DNA from: an uncultured Chloroflexia bacterium
GTDB taxonomy: Bacteria; Chloroflexota; Limnocylindria; Limnocylindrales; CSP1-4
Reading direction: 5' to 3'
NCBI GenBank assembly: GCA_963831745.1
Contig: CAWHRD010000004.1
Location: forward strand, 46,005-110,004
Length of the DNA stretch: 64,000 bases
Shown: in pieces, positions 19,146 through 28,055 of the stretch
How the letters are laid out: every line of letters starts with the position of its first letter
Numbering within the stretch: position 1 is the stretch's first letter
The notes under the pieces: model-generated
Told to the model about the DNA's origin: nothing
What the model saw: only the letters and a program-made list of their open reading frames with translations
The model's database searches: none
Translations under genes and position numbers: made by a program

Positions 19146-19294
19146 CGCGGTCCTCCTTCCTCCCGGGCGGTGCGGCGGCCCGGGACGCTGGAGCAAGGAT
19201 GCGGCCGGCACGGCCTCGTGGGCGCTGGGCGCGTGTCGCCTGCGCGGCCGGCGGAACGTTGGCGAGGCGGGATCGTCGGCCGTCCATGCCCGGG

Positions 19295-19312
19295 ATCGTC
19301 ATCCGTCCATCC
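19295..19312 (-). repeat. Copy A of an exact 18-nt motif GGATGGACGGATGACGAT (minus-strand reading)
   Basis: Identical to 25705..25722. Encodes the mini-uORF ATG-GAC-GGA-TGA whose stop overlaps (ATGA) the next ATG. Confidence 0.6.
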
Positions 19313-19395
19313 CGCCGCCCGGAGCGTGCGGCGTTCGGCTCCTGAGTGCCGCCGGTACCGGGTGGAGGCGTCCGAGCCGCCGCGCCCGGACGCGG

Positions 19396-20043
19396 TCAGT
19401 CGACCAGGTGGTGCTCCACGGCCCACAGGGCGGCCTGGGTCCGGGACGCGAGCCCAAGCTTGCCCAGGATGTTGGAGACGTACGTGCGCGCCGTCCGCTC
19501 GGTGATGAAGAGCTCGGCGGCGATCTCCTTGTTGCTCATGCCCCTGCCGAGGAGCCGGAGGACGTCCTTCTCGCGGTCGGTCAGAGGCTCGGCCGCCTCC
19601 TCGTCGGCGGGACGGCGGCGCAGGCGCTGGGCGAGAAGCCGCGCGACCGCGGGATCCAGGTGGACGTTCCCATCGTGGGCGTCCCGGATCGCCGAGGCCA
19701 CCTCGTCGGCGGCGGCGTCCTTGAGCAGGTACCCCGCCGCGCCGGCCTCGAGGGCGGCCGTGACCTTCTCCTCCTCGATGAAGCTCGTCATGGCGACGAC
19801 CTCCACGTCGGGGAGCTCCTCGCGGATCCTGCCGATCGCGGTGATGCCGTCCATGCGGGGCATCAGGAGGTCCATGAGGACGACGTCGGGGGTGAGGCGG
19901 CGCGCCATCGCCAGGCCCTCGCTCCCGTCGGAGGCCTCGCCGACGACCTCGATGTCGTCGAGGAGGTCGAGGAACACGTGGAGGCCGGCGCGCACGACCT
20001 GGTGATCGTCCACGATCAAGACGCGGATCGGCGTCTCGGACAC
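19396..20043 (-). CDS. Two-component response regulator, NarL/FixJ (LuxR-type HTH) family
   Basis: Receiver domain (VLIVDDHQVVRAGL...VVLMDLLMP...VVAMTS...) plus a LuxR HTH (LTDREKDVLRLLGRGMSNKEIAAELFITERTARTYVSNILGKLG). GTG start at 20043. Confidence 0.85.
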   Translation of the reverse strand: MSETPIRVLIVDDHQVVRAGLHVFLDLLDDIEVVGEASDGSEGLAMARRLTPDVVLMDLLMPRMDGITAIGRIREELPDVEVVAMTSFIEEEKVTAALEAGAAGYLLKDAAADEVASAIRDAHDGNVHLDPAVARLLAQRLRRRPADEEAAEPLTDREKDVLRLLGRGMSNKEIAAELFITERTARTYVSNILGKLGLASRTQAALWAVEHHLVD

Positions 20044-20120
20044 GCTGGGCCCTCCTTCGAGCCCGGCCGGCCCATCGGCGAGCCCGGCCGGCGCATCGGC
20101 GCGGGCGGCGACGCCCCGCC

Positions 20121-20588
20121 TCATGCGGTCGTCCCGAGCATAGCATCGGCATCCGCGCCGGGACCGCGGCGCGGCCGGGCGGGGGCGCGCAGCGCGTCGA
20201 CGATCCGGTCCGCGAGGTCGCCGCCCTCCGGCGAAACGATGCTGATCCCGGGATCGTCGGCGAGGATCGGCGCCAGGCCCGGCGACCATGCCACCACCAC
20301 GACCCGGACCTCGGGCCGGTCGGCCCGCAGCCCGCGGATGAAGGCGATCCCGTCGGGCAGCTCCGGGAGCCGCGGGTCGACGACCACCGCGTCGGGGCGC
20401 CGCTCCTCGCAGGCGTCGAGCGCGGCGCGCGCATGGCCGACGCTGCCCACGACCTCCACCAGCTCCGCCAGGTCGAGGAGGCCCGCCAGGCTTGACCGGA
20501 CGCGCCGGTCCGCGTCCACGATCAGCAGGCGCAGCAGGCCGGGAGGCTCGACGCGGGGCACGGCGCGATCGGGCTCGTGGGGGATCAT
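20121..20588 (-). CDS. Stand-alone receiver (REC) domain protein, atypical (conserved Lys apparently absent)
   Basis: LLIVDADRRVRSSLAGLL...DAVVVDPRLPELPDGIAFIRGL...VRVVVVAWS. It sits between the giant kinase and the NarL regulator on the same strand. Confidence 0.55.
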   Translation of the reverse strand: MIPHEPDRAVPRVEPPGLLRLLIVDADRRVRSSLAGLLDLAELVEVVGSVGHARAALDACEERRPDAVVVDPRLPELPDGIAFIRGLRADRPEVRVVVVAWSPGLAPILADDPGISIVSPEGGDLADRIVDALRAPARPRRGPGADADAMLGTTA

Positions 20589-20708
20589 GCCGGCGAGCGT
20601 CCCACGCCCGCGCCCGGGCCGGGAACGGACGGTCGTCGGGTGCCGGCATCGACGAATGACGATGGCGGGAGCCGCGCGAGCGCCGGGGCGGCGGCCAGGC
20701 GCAGGGGG

Positions 20709-23700
20709 TCAGGCCGCCGGCGGCGTGGGTGGCGCGTGCAGCGTGACGACGATCTCCGTTCCCCGGCCCGGCGCGGAGCGGACGACGAGCCTGCCGCCCA
20801 CCCGCTCGGCCCGCGAGCGCATGCCCGCCAGGCCCAGGTGCCCGTCGGCGACCTCCAGCGGATCGAAGCCGACCCCGTCGTCGGCGATGCGGAGCGCGAC
20901 CTCCGGGCCGTCCCGGCCGAGCTCGATGCGCACCGTGGTGGCGTTGGCGTGCTTCACGATGTTGTGGAGCGCCTCCTGGGCGATTCGATACAGGGCGTCC
21001 TCCGCGGCGAGCGGCAGCCGCTCCACCTCGGCGACGTCGAGGACGATCGGCAGGCCGAGCCGCCCCTCGACGGCGGCCACGTGGGTGCGCAGGGCGTTCG
21101 TCAGGCCCTCGCGCTCGAGGCTGCCCGGCCGGAGCTCGAAGATCAGCGACCGCATCTCCGCGAGGGCGTCGCGCTGGAGCTCGCGGAGGTCCGCCAGCTT
21201 CGCGCGCGTCGCGGCGGGATCGCGGTCGAGCAGCACCTCGGCCGAGCGGGTGATGAGACCCATCGAGAAGAGCGCCTGCGTCACCGAGTCGTGGAGCTCG
21301 CGAGCGAGGTGCGCCCGCTCGGCGGAGGACGCCAGGGCGCCCGCCTGGTCGCGCAGCTCGCGCTCGAGGCGCACCTGCTCCCGGAGGTCCCGGATGGTCC
21401 CCTGGATGCCCGCGAAGCGCCCGTCCCTGAACAGGGGGACGCCCGAGATCTCGGCGGGGATCTGCGTGCCGTCCCGCCGGACGACCGTGGAGCGGACCCG
21501 CGCGACGGCATCGGGCGGGCCATCGGCGAGAGGCCTGAGCCGGGCCCGCACCTCCTCGACGGCCTCGGGCGCGACGACCGTGCTCCAGTGGCGCGCCATG
21601 AGCTCCTCGGGCTCCCAGCCGAGGAGGGACCGCGCGGCGTCGCTCCAGAACACCAGGTTGCCGGCCGGGTCCGTCTGCCAGACACCGTCCGGGGATGTCT
21701 GGACGAGCTCGCGGAAGCGCGCCTCCGAGTCGCGCAGCTCGCGCTCGAGGCGCAGCTGGTCCCGAAGGTCGCGAATTGATCCGTGCGCGCCGGCAAACCG
21801 TCCGTCGCGGGTGACCGGGACCGCGGCGATCTCGGACGGAAGCGGCTCGCCCGTCCGGCGGACCAGGTCGAGGCGGACGCGGACCACCCGGTCGTCGCCG
21901 TCGGCGAGCTGCCGCCAGGCGTCGGAGGCCGCCTCGGTGGCCCGGCCGCCGACGACCGTGGACCAGTGGCGTCCCAGGACGGCCTCGGGCGGGAACCCGG
22001 TGAGCATCGCCGCGGTGTCGCTCCAGAAGGTGAACACGCCGTCGGCGTCGGCCTGCCAGACGCCGTCCGGCGATGTCTGAACGAGGTCGCGGTAGCGCTC
22101 CTCGGACTCCCGGAGCTCGGCCTCCAGGCGGGCGCGCTCGCGGATGTCGCGGGCCGAGCCGCGCGACCCGACGAAGGCGCCGTCGACGACGCGCGGCACC
22201 GCGACGTTCTCGATCGGGACGGGGTACCCGTCGCGGTGGAGCAGCGAGAAGCGGGCGGTGTGGATCCGGTCCGGCTCGCGGCGGCTCGCCTCCCAGAGGT
22301 CGTTCGACGCCGCCTGCGAGGCCTCGTCGGGGAAGACCGTCGCCGAGAAGTGGCGCCCGACGAGCTCGCTGGCGGGGAGGCCCAGCATCTCGCGCGAGAG
22401 GCCCTCGATGTACACCAGGTTGCCCTCCGCGTCGGCCTCCCAGACGAGGTCGGGCGAGGTCGCCATCAGGTCGCGCAGCCGGGCGTCGGACTCGCGCAGC
22501 TCCCGCTCGAGGCGCTCGCGCTCGCTGACGTCACGGATCGCTCCGTGCGCGCCGCCGAACACACCATCGTCGAGGATCCCGACCGCCGAGACCTCCGTCG
22601 CGATGGTCGACCCGTCCCGGCGTCGCAGGACCAGGCGCTGGCGGATCGGCTCACGCTCCTCCGCGAGCCGGGCCCAGTCGGCGCGCGCCTCCTCCAGCGA
22701 GTCCGGGTCGACGATGCGCTCCCAGGACTCCCCGACGAGCTCGTCGGGGCGATACCCCAGGAGCGTCTCGACGGTCGAGCTGAAGAAGCTGAAGCGGCCC
22801 TCCCGGTCGATCCGCCAGATCGTGTCGGGCGACGCCTGCACGAGGTAGCGGTAGCGCTCCTCCGACGAGCTGACGCGGCCGATGAGGACGGCGTTCCGCA
22901 GCGCGGCCGCCGCGAGCCCGGCGAGCGCCTCGAGCGTTGCCGTGGCGTCGAGATCGAAGGCGTCGGCCCTGCGCGACAGCACGGTCAGGGCACCGATCGG
23001 GCCCTCGAGCCCACGGATCGGGGCCGCCAGGACGGACCGGACGCCCAGCCGGCGGATCCCCTCGTCCTGCTCGGGCCGCCGGGCGAAGGACCGGTCCTCG
23101 AGGTAGTCGCCCGTGCCGAAGGCGTGCCCCAGGCGGATCGCCGCGCCGGCCACGCCGGGTGCGTCGTCCCAGTCGTCGACCTCGAACCCGAGGCGGAACT
23201 GGTCGTCGCTGACGATCTCGCCGAGCTGCCGCCGGAGGGCGACGCCCTCGTCGCCGACGATGTCGACGCGCGCCCCGTCGGCGCCGAGGAGGCGGGCGGC
23301 CTCGTCGACCGTCAGCTGGACGATCTCCCCGGGCTCGCGCAGCTCGCCGATGCGCGCCGCGATCTCGCGGAGTGCGCGCTCGCGCGTGGCGCGCCGGGCG
23401 TTCTCCTCGGTGGCCCGGGCCAGTGCCGCCAGGCGCCGGCTGTTGGTCAGCGCAATCGAGGCCTGGACGGCGAACGCATCGAGGAGGTCGGCGTCGGCCT
23501 CTCCGAATGCCGCGGTCCGGACCGCGAGGACCGACAGGGTTCCGAGCGGCCGGCCGAGGCCCGGCAGCGGCGTCGAGAGGACGGAGCGGACCCCGGTCTC
23601 CGCCACGAACCGGCCGGACGCCGGGCCCGGCCGGACGCTCGGGTCCGCGAGGTAGTCGTCGGTCCAGACGGCACGACCCTCGGCGGCCGCGCGCCCGGCG

Positions 23701-25712
23701 ACGCCCTCGCCCATCGCGAGCCCGACCTCCCGGAGGAGCCTGGCGTCCGCGTCGGCCGTGGTCCCGTCGGCGATGGCCCAGCGGAGGCGCATCGTGGTCT
23801 CGTCGAGCAGGTCGATGCGGGCCCCGTCGGCACCGATGAGGCGCCGCGCCTCGGCGACGATGCGGCGCAGGAGCTCGTCGGGGTTGCCCACGGCCGTCAG
23901 GCGCGCGCCGATCTCGCGGAGCGCGGCCTCCCGCTCCGCCTGCCGGCGCAGGTCGTCGCGCGACCGGTCGAGGTCCTCGATCAGGCGCGCGCTGCCCAGG
24001 CTGATCGCGACCTGGGCCGCGATCGCTTCGAGAAGGGGGGCATGCTCCGACCCGAACGCGTTCGCCCGCGTCGAGAGGACGGTGAGCGCGCCGAGCGGGC
24101 CCGCCTCGCCGACGAGCGGCGCGGCGATCCCGGACCGGATCCCGACGCGGCGGACGTACACGTCCGCGCCCGACCCGTGCGGGAAGGTGTCGTCCCCGAG
24201 GTAGTCGCCGGTCCAGACGGTGCGGCCGTGCGTGTACGCCTGCCCCGAGAGGCCCTGGTCGGCGCGCTCGTCCGGCGTGTCGGGCCACTCCTCGAGCGTC
24301 GGCTGGGTCCCGTCGGACGTGTAGAGGCCGCGCAGGAGGCCGATCGCGGGCTGGTAGACATCCACCCTGGCGCTGTCCCCACCGAGCAGGCGGGTCGCCT
24401 CGTCGATCGCGAGCCCGACGACCTCGTCGACCCCGTGCGACGCGGAGATCCGCATCCCGATCTCCCGCAGGGCCCGCTCAACCTCGGCGCGGCGCGCCAG
24501 CTCGGCGCGGGACGCGGACAGCTCGGCGATGCGGAGCGCGTTGGAGATCGCGGCGGCGGTCTGCGTCGCGAGCGCCTCGAGCACCTCGAGATCCGACGCG
24601 CCGTAGGCCTGCGGCCGGTGGCTCGCCACCTGGATCGTGCCGAGGGTCCGGCCCTCGACCGAGAGCGGGGCGGCGGCCGTCGACCGGATCCCGGCGGCGG
24701 CCGCGCTGTGATCGGTCCGCGGGTCGTGGATGAACGTGCGGTCCCCGATGTAGTCGCCCGTCGCGACGGCGCGCCCGTGCAGCAGCGCCCTGCCCCAGAC
24801 GCCCGGGAGCTCGGCGGGATCCATCTCCCCGGCCACCACGGGGTCGCTGAAGTCGGCCGCGGCGTCGACCGGATCGGTGAAGAGGGAGCGCCCGGCGACC
24901 GCCTCGCTCAGGCTGATGGCGGCGAGGTGGGAGTCGAGGAGGCGTCGCGCGGCGCGGAGGATCGTCCCGAGGATCTCCATCGGGTCGTCCATGGCGCTGA
25001 TGCGGGCGGCGATCTCGCGGAGCGTCCGCTCCTCCTCGGCGCGCCGGGCGATCGCGCCGTTGGCAGCTTCGAGCTCGGCGATCAGCCGGGCGTTCTCGAG
25101 GGCGATGGCCGCCTGGGCGGCGAACGCCTCGAGCAGCTCGGCGTCGGCCTCGTCGAAGGCGTGCTCCCGCTGGGCGTACACCTCGAGGGCGCCGTAGAGC
25201 TCGGTCGCGCTCGCGATCGGCGCGGCCAGGAGCGACCGGAACCCCGTCACGTTGAAGAAATGGTCGGACTGGGGGACGCGGGGGAAGGCATTGACCAGGT
25301 CCTCGCCGCAGGCGAGGACCTGGCGTTCCGCCACGGCCCGGCCCGTGAGGCCGACGCCGACCTCGAGCGTCAGGGTGGCGACGTAGTCGGGGTCGAAGAG
25401 CGCGTGGACGCCGTCGTCGACGCCCCAGTGGAGGAGCCCGTCCGCCGGGTCGTAGCGCGAGACGATCGCGCCGTCGGCGCGAACGAGGCGCCCGGCTGCG
25501 AGGACCACCTGCTGGAGCACGGCGCCCGGGTCGCGCAGCCGGGCGAGCTCGCCGGTGATCTCGCGCAGCGTGCGCTCGGCCTCGGCGGTGCGGGCGCGCG
25601 CGTCGGGTGCGGGCGGGAGCGGTGGGCGAGCGCGGTCGGTCTCCACGGCCCGTGAGGATACCCGCGCGGGCCCGCGCGCGACATCGCCGTCCCGCCGCGC
25701 CGGCATCGTCAT
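20709..25712 (-). CDS. Giant cytoplasmic multi-sensor histidine kinase: 5 tandem GAF domains, 4 tandem PAS domains, then a HisKA_3 plus HATPase_c kinase core (about 1667 aa)
   Basis: Each GAF is introduced by a repeated linker (ARRAExERxLREI). The four PAS modules are strongly similar (LVQTSPDGVWQxDxxGxxxFWSD). H-box ELHDSVTQALF (NarL-partner HisKA_3 type); N/G boxes in the C-terminus. Start at the ATG giving MTMPARRDG. Confidence 0.85.
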   Translation of the reverse strand: MTMPARRDGDVARGPARVSSRAVETDRARPPLPPAPDARARTAEAERTLREITGELARLRDPGAVLQQVVLAAGRLVRADGAIVSRYDPADGLLHWGVDDGVHALFDPDYVATLTLEVGVGLTGRAVAERQVLACGEDLVNAFPRVPQSDHFFNVTGFRSLLAAPIASATELYGALEVYAQREHAFDEADAELLEAFAAQAAIALENARLIAELEAANGAIARRAEEERTLREIAARISAMDDPMEILGTILRAARRLLDSHLAAISLSEAVAGRSLFTDPVDAAADFSDPVVAGEMDPAELPGVWGRALLHGRAVATGDYIGDRTFIHDPRTDHSAAAAGIRSTAAAPLSVEGRTLGTIQVASHRPQAYGASDLEVLEALATQTAAAISNALRIAELSASRAELARRAEVERALREIGMRISASHGVDEVVGLAIDEATRLLGGDSARVDVYQPAIGLLRGLYTSDGTQPTLEEWPDTPDERADQGLSGQAYTHGRTVWTGDYLGDDTFPHGSGADVYVRRVGIRSGIAAPLVGEAGPLGALTVLSTRANAFGSEHAPLLEAIAAQVAISLGSARLIEDLDRSRDDLRRQAEREAALREIGARLTAVGNPDELLRRIVAEARRLIGADGARIDLLDETTMRLRWAIADGTTADADARLLREVGLAMGEGVAGRAAAEGRAVWTDDYLADPSVRPGPASGRFVAETGVRSVLSTPLPGLGRPLGTLSVLAVRTAAFGEADADLLDAFAVQASIALTNSRRLAALARATEENARRATRERALREIAARIGELREPGEIVQLTVDEAARLLGADGARVDIVGDEGVALRRQLGEIVSDDQFRLGFEVDDWDDAPGVAGAAIRLGHAFGTGDYLEDRSFARRPEQDEGIRRLGVRSVLAAPIRGLEGPIGALTVLSRRADAFDLDATATLEALAGLAAAALRNAVLIGRVSSSEERYRYLVQASPDTIWRIDREGRFSFFSSTVETLLGYRPDELVGESWERIVDPDSLEEARADWARLAEEREPIRQRLVLRRRDGSTIATEVSAVGILDDGVFGGAHGAIRDVSERERLERELRESDARLRDLMATSPDLVWEADAEGNLVYIEGLSREMLGLPASELVGRHFSATVFPDEASQAASNDLWEASRREPDRIHTARFSLLHRDGYPVPIENVAVPRVVDGAFVGSRGSARDIRERARLEAELRESEERYRDLVQTSPDGVWQADADGVFTFWSDTAAMLTGFPPEAVLGRHWSTVVGGRATEAASDAWRQLADGDDRVVRVRLDLVRRTGEPLPSEIAAVPVTRDGRFAGAHGSIRDLRDQLRLERELRDSEARFRELVQTSPDGVWQTDPAGNLVFWSDAARSLLGWEPEELMARHWSTVVAPEAVEEVRARLRPLADGPPDAVARVRSTVVRRDGTQIPAEISGVPLFRDGRFAGIQGTIRDLREQVRLERELRDQAGALASSAERAHLARELHDSVTQALFSMGLITRSAEVLLDRDPAATRAKLADLRELQRDALAEMRSLIFELRPGSLEREGLTNALRTHVAAVEGRLGLPIVLDVAEVERLPLAAEDALYRIAQEALHNIVKHANATTVRIELGRDGPEVALRIADDGVGFDPLEVADGHLGLAGMRSRAERVGGRLVVRSAPGRGTEIVVTLHAPPTPPAA

Positions 25713-25722
25713 CCGTCCATCC
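25705..25722 (-). repeat. Copy B of the exact 18-nt motif GGATGGACGGATGACGAT, coinciding with the translation start of the giant histidine kinase
   Basis: Identical to 19295..19312. The kinase ATG (25712..25710) is embedded as ggATGAcg. Confidence 0.6.
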
Positions 25723-25808
25723 TGCGACCGGCGCTGGGCGGCGCATTCGAGCCCCGGCCCGGATGGCGGCCCGGCGCGGCTTCGCGGGACCGGCCGTATC
25801 CTGTTCCT

Positions 25809-26654
25809 ATGAGCGCCGGCGTCCTCCTGTCGTCCCGCGCCGCCGCGAGCGACGCATCGTCCGCCGCGCCCCTCGTCGTCGCCGACCTCGAGGGGACGTG
25901 CACGGCCGGCGAGACCTGGCGAGGCGTCGGCGCGTGGCTCTCCGCGAACGGCCGCGGCGGCCGGTATAGGCGCTTCCTGGCGCCCCGCATGGCGGCCCTT
26001 CCCCTGGTGCGGCTCGGGCTCATCTCGCGCCAGGCATTCCGCGACCGCTGGATCGCCGATCTCGCACGGCTCCTCGACGACCTCGATCGCGACGAGCTGG
26101 CGCTGGTCGCCGAGGAGGTCGTCGAGCGGCACCTGTGGCCCCCCAGGCGCGACTCGGTCATCGCCGAGCTCGAGGCCGCTGCCGCGTCGGGTGCGCGTGT
26201 CGCGATCGCAACCGGCACCTACCAGCCCGTGCTCGACGCGTTCATCGCCCGCCTCGCGACGGGGCCCGCGGGACCCGTCGCGGGCCTCGGCACGGCGCTC
26301 GAGATCGTCGACGGCGTCACGACGGGCCGGCTCGTCGGACGGATCGGCACCGGGAGCCGGAAGGCACGCCGCGTCCGTGCATGGGCGGGCGAGGCGGCCC
26401 CCGTAGCGGGCGAGGCGGCCGCCGGCACGGGCGACGCGGCCCCCGCAACGGGCGACGCGGCCCCCGCAACGTGCAAGGCGGTCCTCGGAGGTGGCGGCGC
26501 GGCCCTTGCGGCAGCCTATGGCGACTCATTGGCGGACGTCCCGCTCCTCGAGATGGCCGCCGAGCCGGTCGCCGTCGCGCCCGACCCCGAGCTCCGGGCG
26601 CTCGCCGTCGCGCGCGGGTGGCGCATCCTCGACGACGTGGCCGCGGGGACATAG
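25809..26654 (+). CDS. HAD-superfamily subfamily IB hydrolase (phosphoserine-phosphatase-like)
   Basis: DLEGT motif I, a capping domain, and GDSLADVPLL motif IV. It contains an in-frame 21-nt tandem duplication (GDAAPAT x2). Confidence 0.7.
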   Translation: MSAGVLLSSRAAASDASSAAPLVVADLEGTCTAGETWRGVGAWLSANGRGGRYRRFLAPRMAALPLVRLGLISRQAFRDRWIADLARLLDDLDRDELALVAEEVVERHLWPPRRDSVIAELEAAAASGARVAIATGTYQPVLDAFIARLATGPAGPVAGLGTALEIVDGVTTGRLVGRIGTGSRKARRVRAWAGEAAPVAGEAAAGTGDAAPATGDAAPATCKAVLGGGGAALAAAYGDSLADVPLLEMAAEPVAVAPDPELRALAVARGWRILDDVAAGT

Positions 26655-26656
26655 GC

Positions 26657-27925
26657 GTGGCACGGAGGGGGTGGTTCCGACACGGGCGCGGCGCGGCGCG
26701 CCTGCTGGGTGCGGCCCTCGTGGCCGGCCTGGCCGCGGGGGCCCTGCCGGGGGCGCCGGTGGCGCGCGCGGGTGAGCCCATCGACGGCCGGTCGGTCGAC
26801 CGGCGCCCGGCACAGGTGTCGACAACCCCGGTCGCGACCTCGCGCACGGTGTGGCACGGTCCTCGCACGGAGCGCGTGGTGGCGCTCACCTTCGACGACG
26901 GCTGGAATCCCCGGACGGTCCGCCGGGTCTACCAGGTCCTGCTCCGCGAGCAGGTCCCGGCCACCTTCTTCGTGACCGGCATCTACGTCCAGCGGGCGCC
27001 CGACCTCTGGCGCCGCATCGCGGCCTCGGGCTTCGGGCTGGCCAACCACTCCTACCTGCACCGCGATGCGCGCAGCCTGACCCCCCGCCAGCTTGCCGCC
27101 GACACGGCCCGCAGCCGGGCGGCCGTGGAGGCCGCCACCGGCCGGCCCATGCTGCCGGCGTACCGGCCGCCGGCGGGCAACCACACGGCGGCCACCGACG
27201 CCGTCGTCGCCGGAGCCGGCTTCCCGATGATCGTCCTGTGGGACGTGAGCGGCGGCGACGCCGTGCGCGGAGCGACCACCGCGCGGGTGGTCCGCGACGC
27301 GTCGGCAGGCCGTCCCGGGTCGATCGTCCTGCTCCACGCCGGGCCGAGCGTGACGCCGCGCGCCCTGCCGGCGATCATCGCCCGCTATCGCGCCCGCGGC
27401 TACCGGTTCGTCACGCTCGAGGAGCTCCTCGGCAGCCGCGCGGGCTGGGCGACCGGCCCGGGGACGGTCGCCGCCGGGTCGCGGCTCCTCGACCGAGCCG
27501 AGCCCGGACGTCGGCCCGGGATCGGCGGCACGACGGGCGCGGCGGGCGAAGAGGGAGCCGGTCCCGTCGTGGTCGCGTCGGCGGCCGCTCCGTCGCCCCC
27601 CGCCACCGCGGCGCCGGCGGCTGCCGCCCCGGCGACCACCGATCCTCCGGCCGCCGCCCGCGACGCGGCATGGGCGCGTCGTGATGCGACCCCGACGACC
27701 GTCGCGCTCTTCACGGCGGCGCTCCTGGGGCTGCTCGTGCTGCTCGGCGCCGCGGTGGGTCGCTCCGCCCGGGTGCCCCAGGGCGGGGCGACGGGCGACC
27801 AGGCCCCGGACGGCGTCGCGCCGGGCGACCAGGCCCCGGGCGGCCTCGCAGCGGGCGGCGACGCGCCCGGCCACGACGCGCCCGGCGGCAACGCGCCGAC
27901 GGCAGGGGACGACGCCCGCGCCTGA
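26657..27925 (+). CDS. Polysaccharide deacetylase (NodB homology domain) with signal peptide and C-terminal TM anchor / low-complexity tail
   Basis: TFDDGW motif, HSYLH, LLHAG. GTG start 2 nt after the HAD stop; N-terminal signal LLGAALVAGLAAGALPGAPVARA. Confidence 0.75.
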   Translation: MARRGWFRHGRGAARLLGAALVAGLAAGALPGAPVARAGEPIDGRSVDRRPAQVSTTPVATSRTVWHGPRTERVVALTFDDGWNPRTVRRVYQVLLREQVPATFFVTGIYVQRAPDLWRRIAASGFGLANHSYLHRDARSLTPRQLAADTARSRAAVEAATGRPMLPAYRPPAGNHTAATDAVVAGAGFPMIVLWDVSGGDAVRGATTARVVRDASAGRPGSIVLLHAGPSVTPRALPAIIARYRARGYRFVTLEELLGSRAGWATGPGTVAAGSRLLDRAEPGRRPGIGGTTGAAGEEGAGPVVVASAAAPSPPATAAPAAAAPATTDPPAAARDAAWARRDATPTTVALFTAALLGLLVLLGAAVGRSARVPQGGATGDQAPDGVAPGDQAPGGLAAGGDAPGHDAPGGNAPTAGDDARA

Positions 27926-28055
27926 TCCTCCCGACCCGTCGCGACGGGCGGTCCGGCACTGGCGAACCGCCAGCGCGGCAGCCCACGCTCGCCGACGGAA
28001 CGCATTTCGTGACCCGAGCGCGTCCCCCTCGGACCCTGGAGGGAGGCGGTCGCGC

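Noticed and set aside
18919-20649. 127-aa frame starting at the 18-nt repeat (MTIPGMDG...), the 430-aa and 417-aa minus ORFs, and the 199-aa and 157-aa plus ORFs
   Set aside because: All are Arg/Pro-rich with no motifs. The 417-aa frame contains the genuine NarL-type regulator only from the GTG at 20043. The 127-aa frame is noted in the findings but not annotated.
19408-25746. 890-aa, 1290-aa, 545-aa and 422-aa ORFs overlapping the giant histidine kinase on both strands
   Set aside because: Off-frame artefacts with extreme Arg/Gly/Pro content. The kinase frame shows an ordered GAF/PAS/HisKA_3 domain series.
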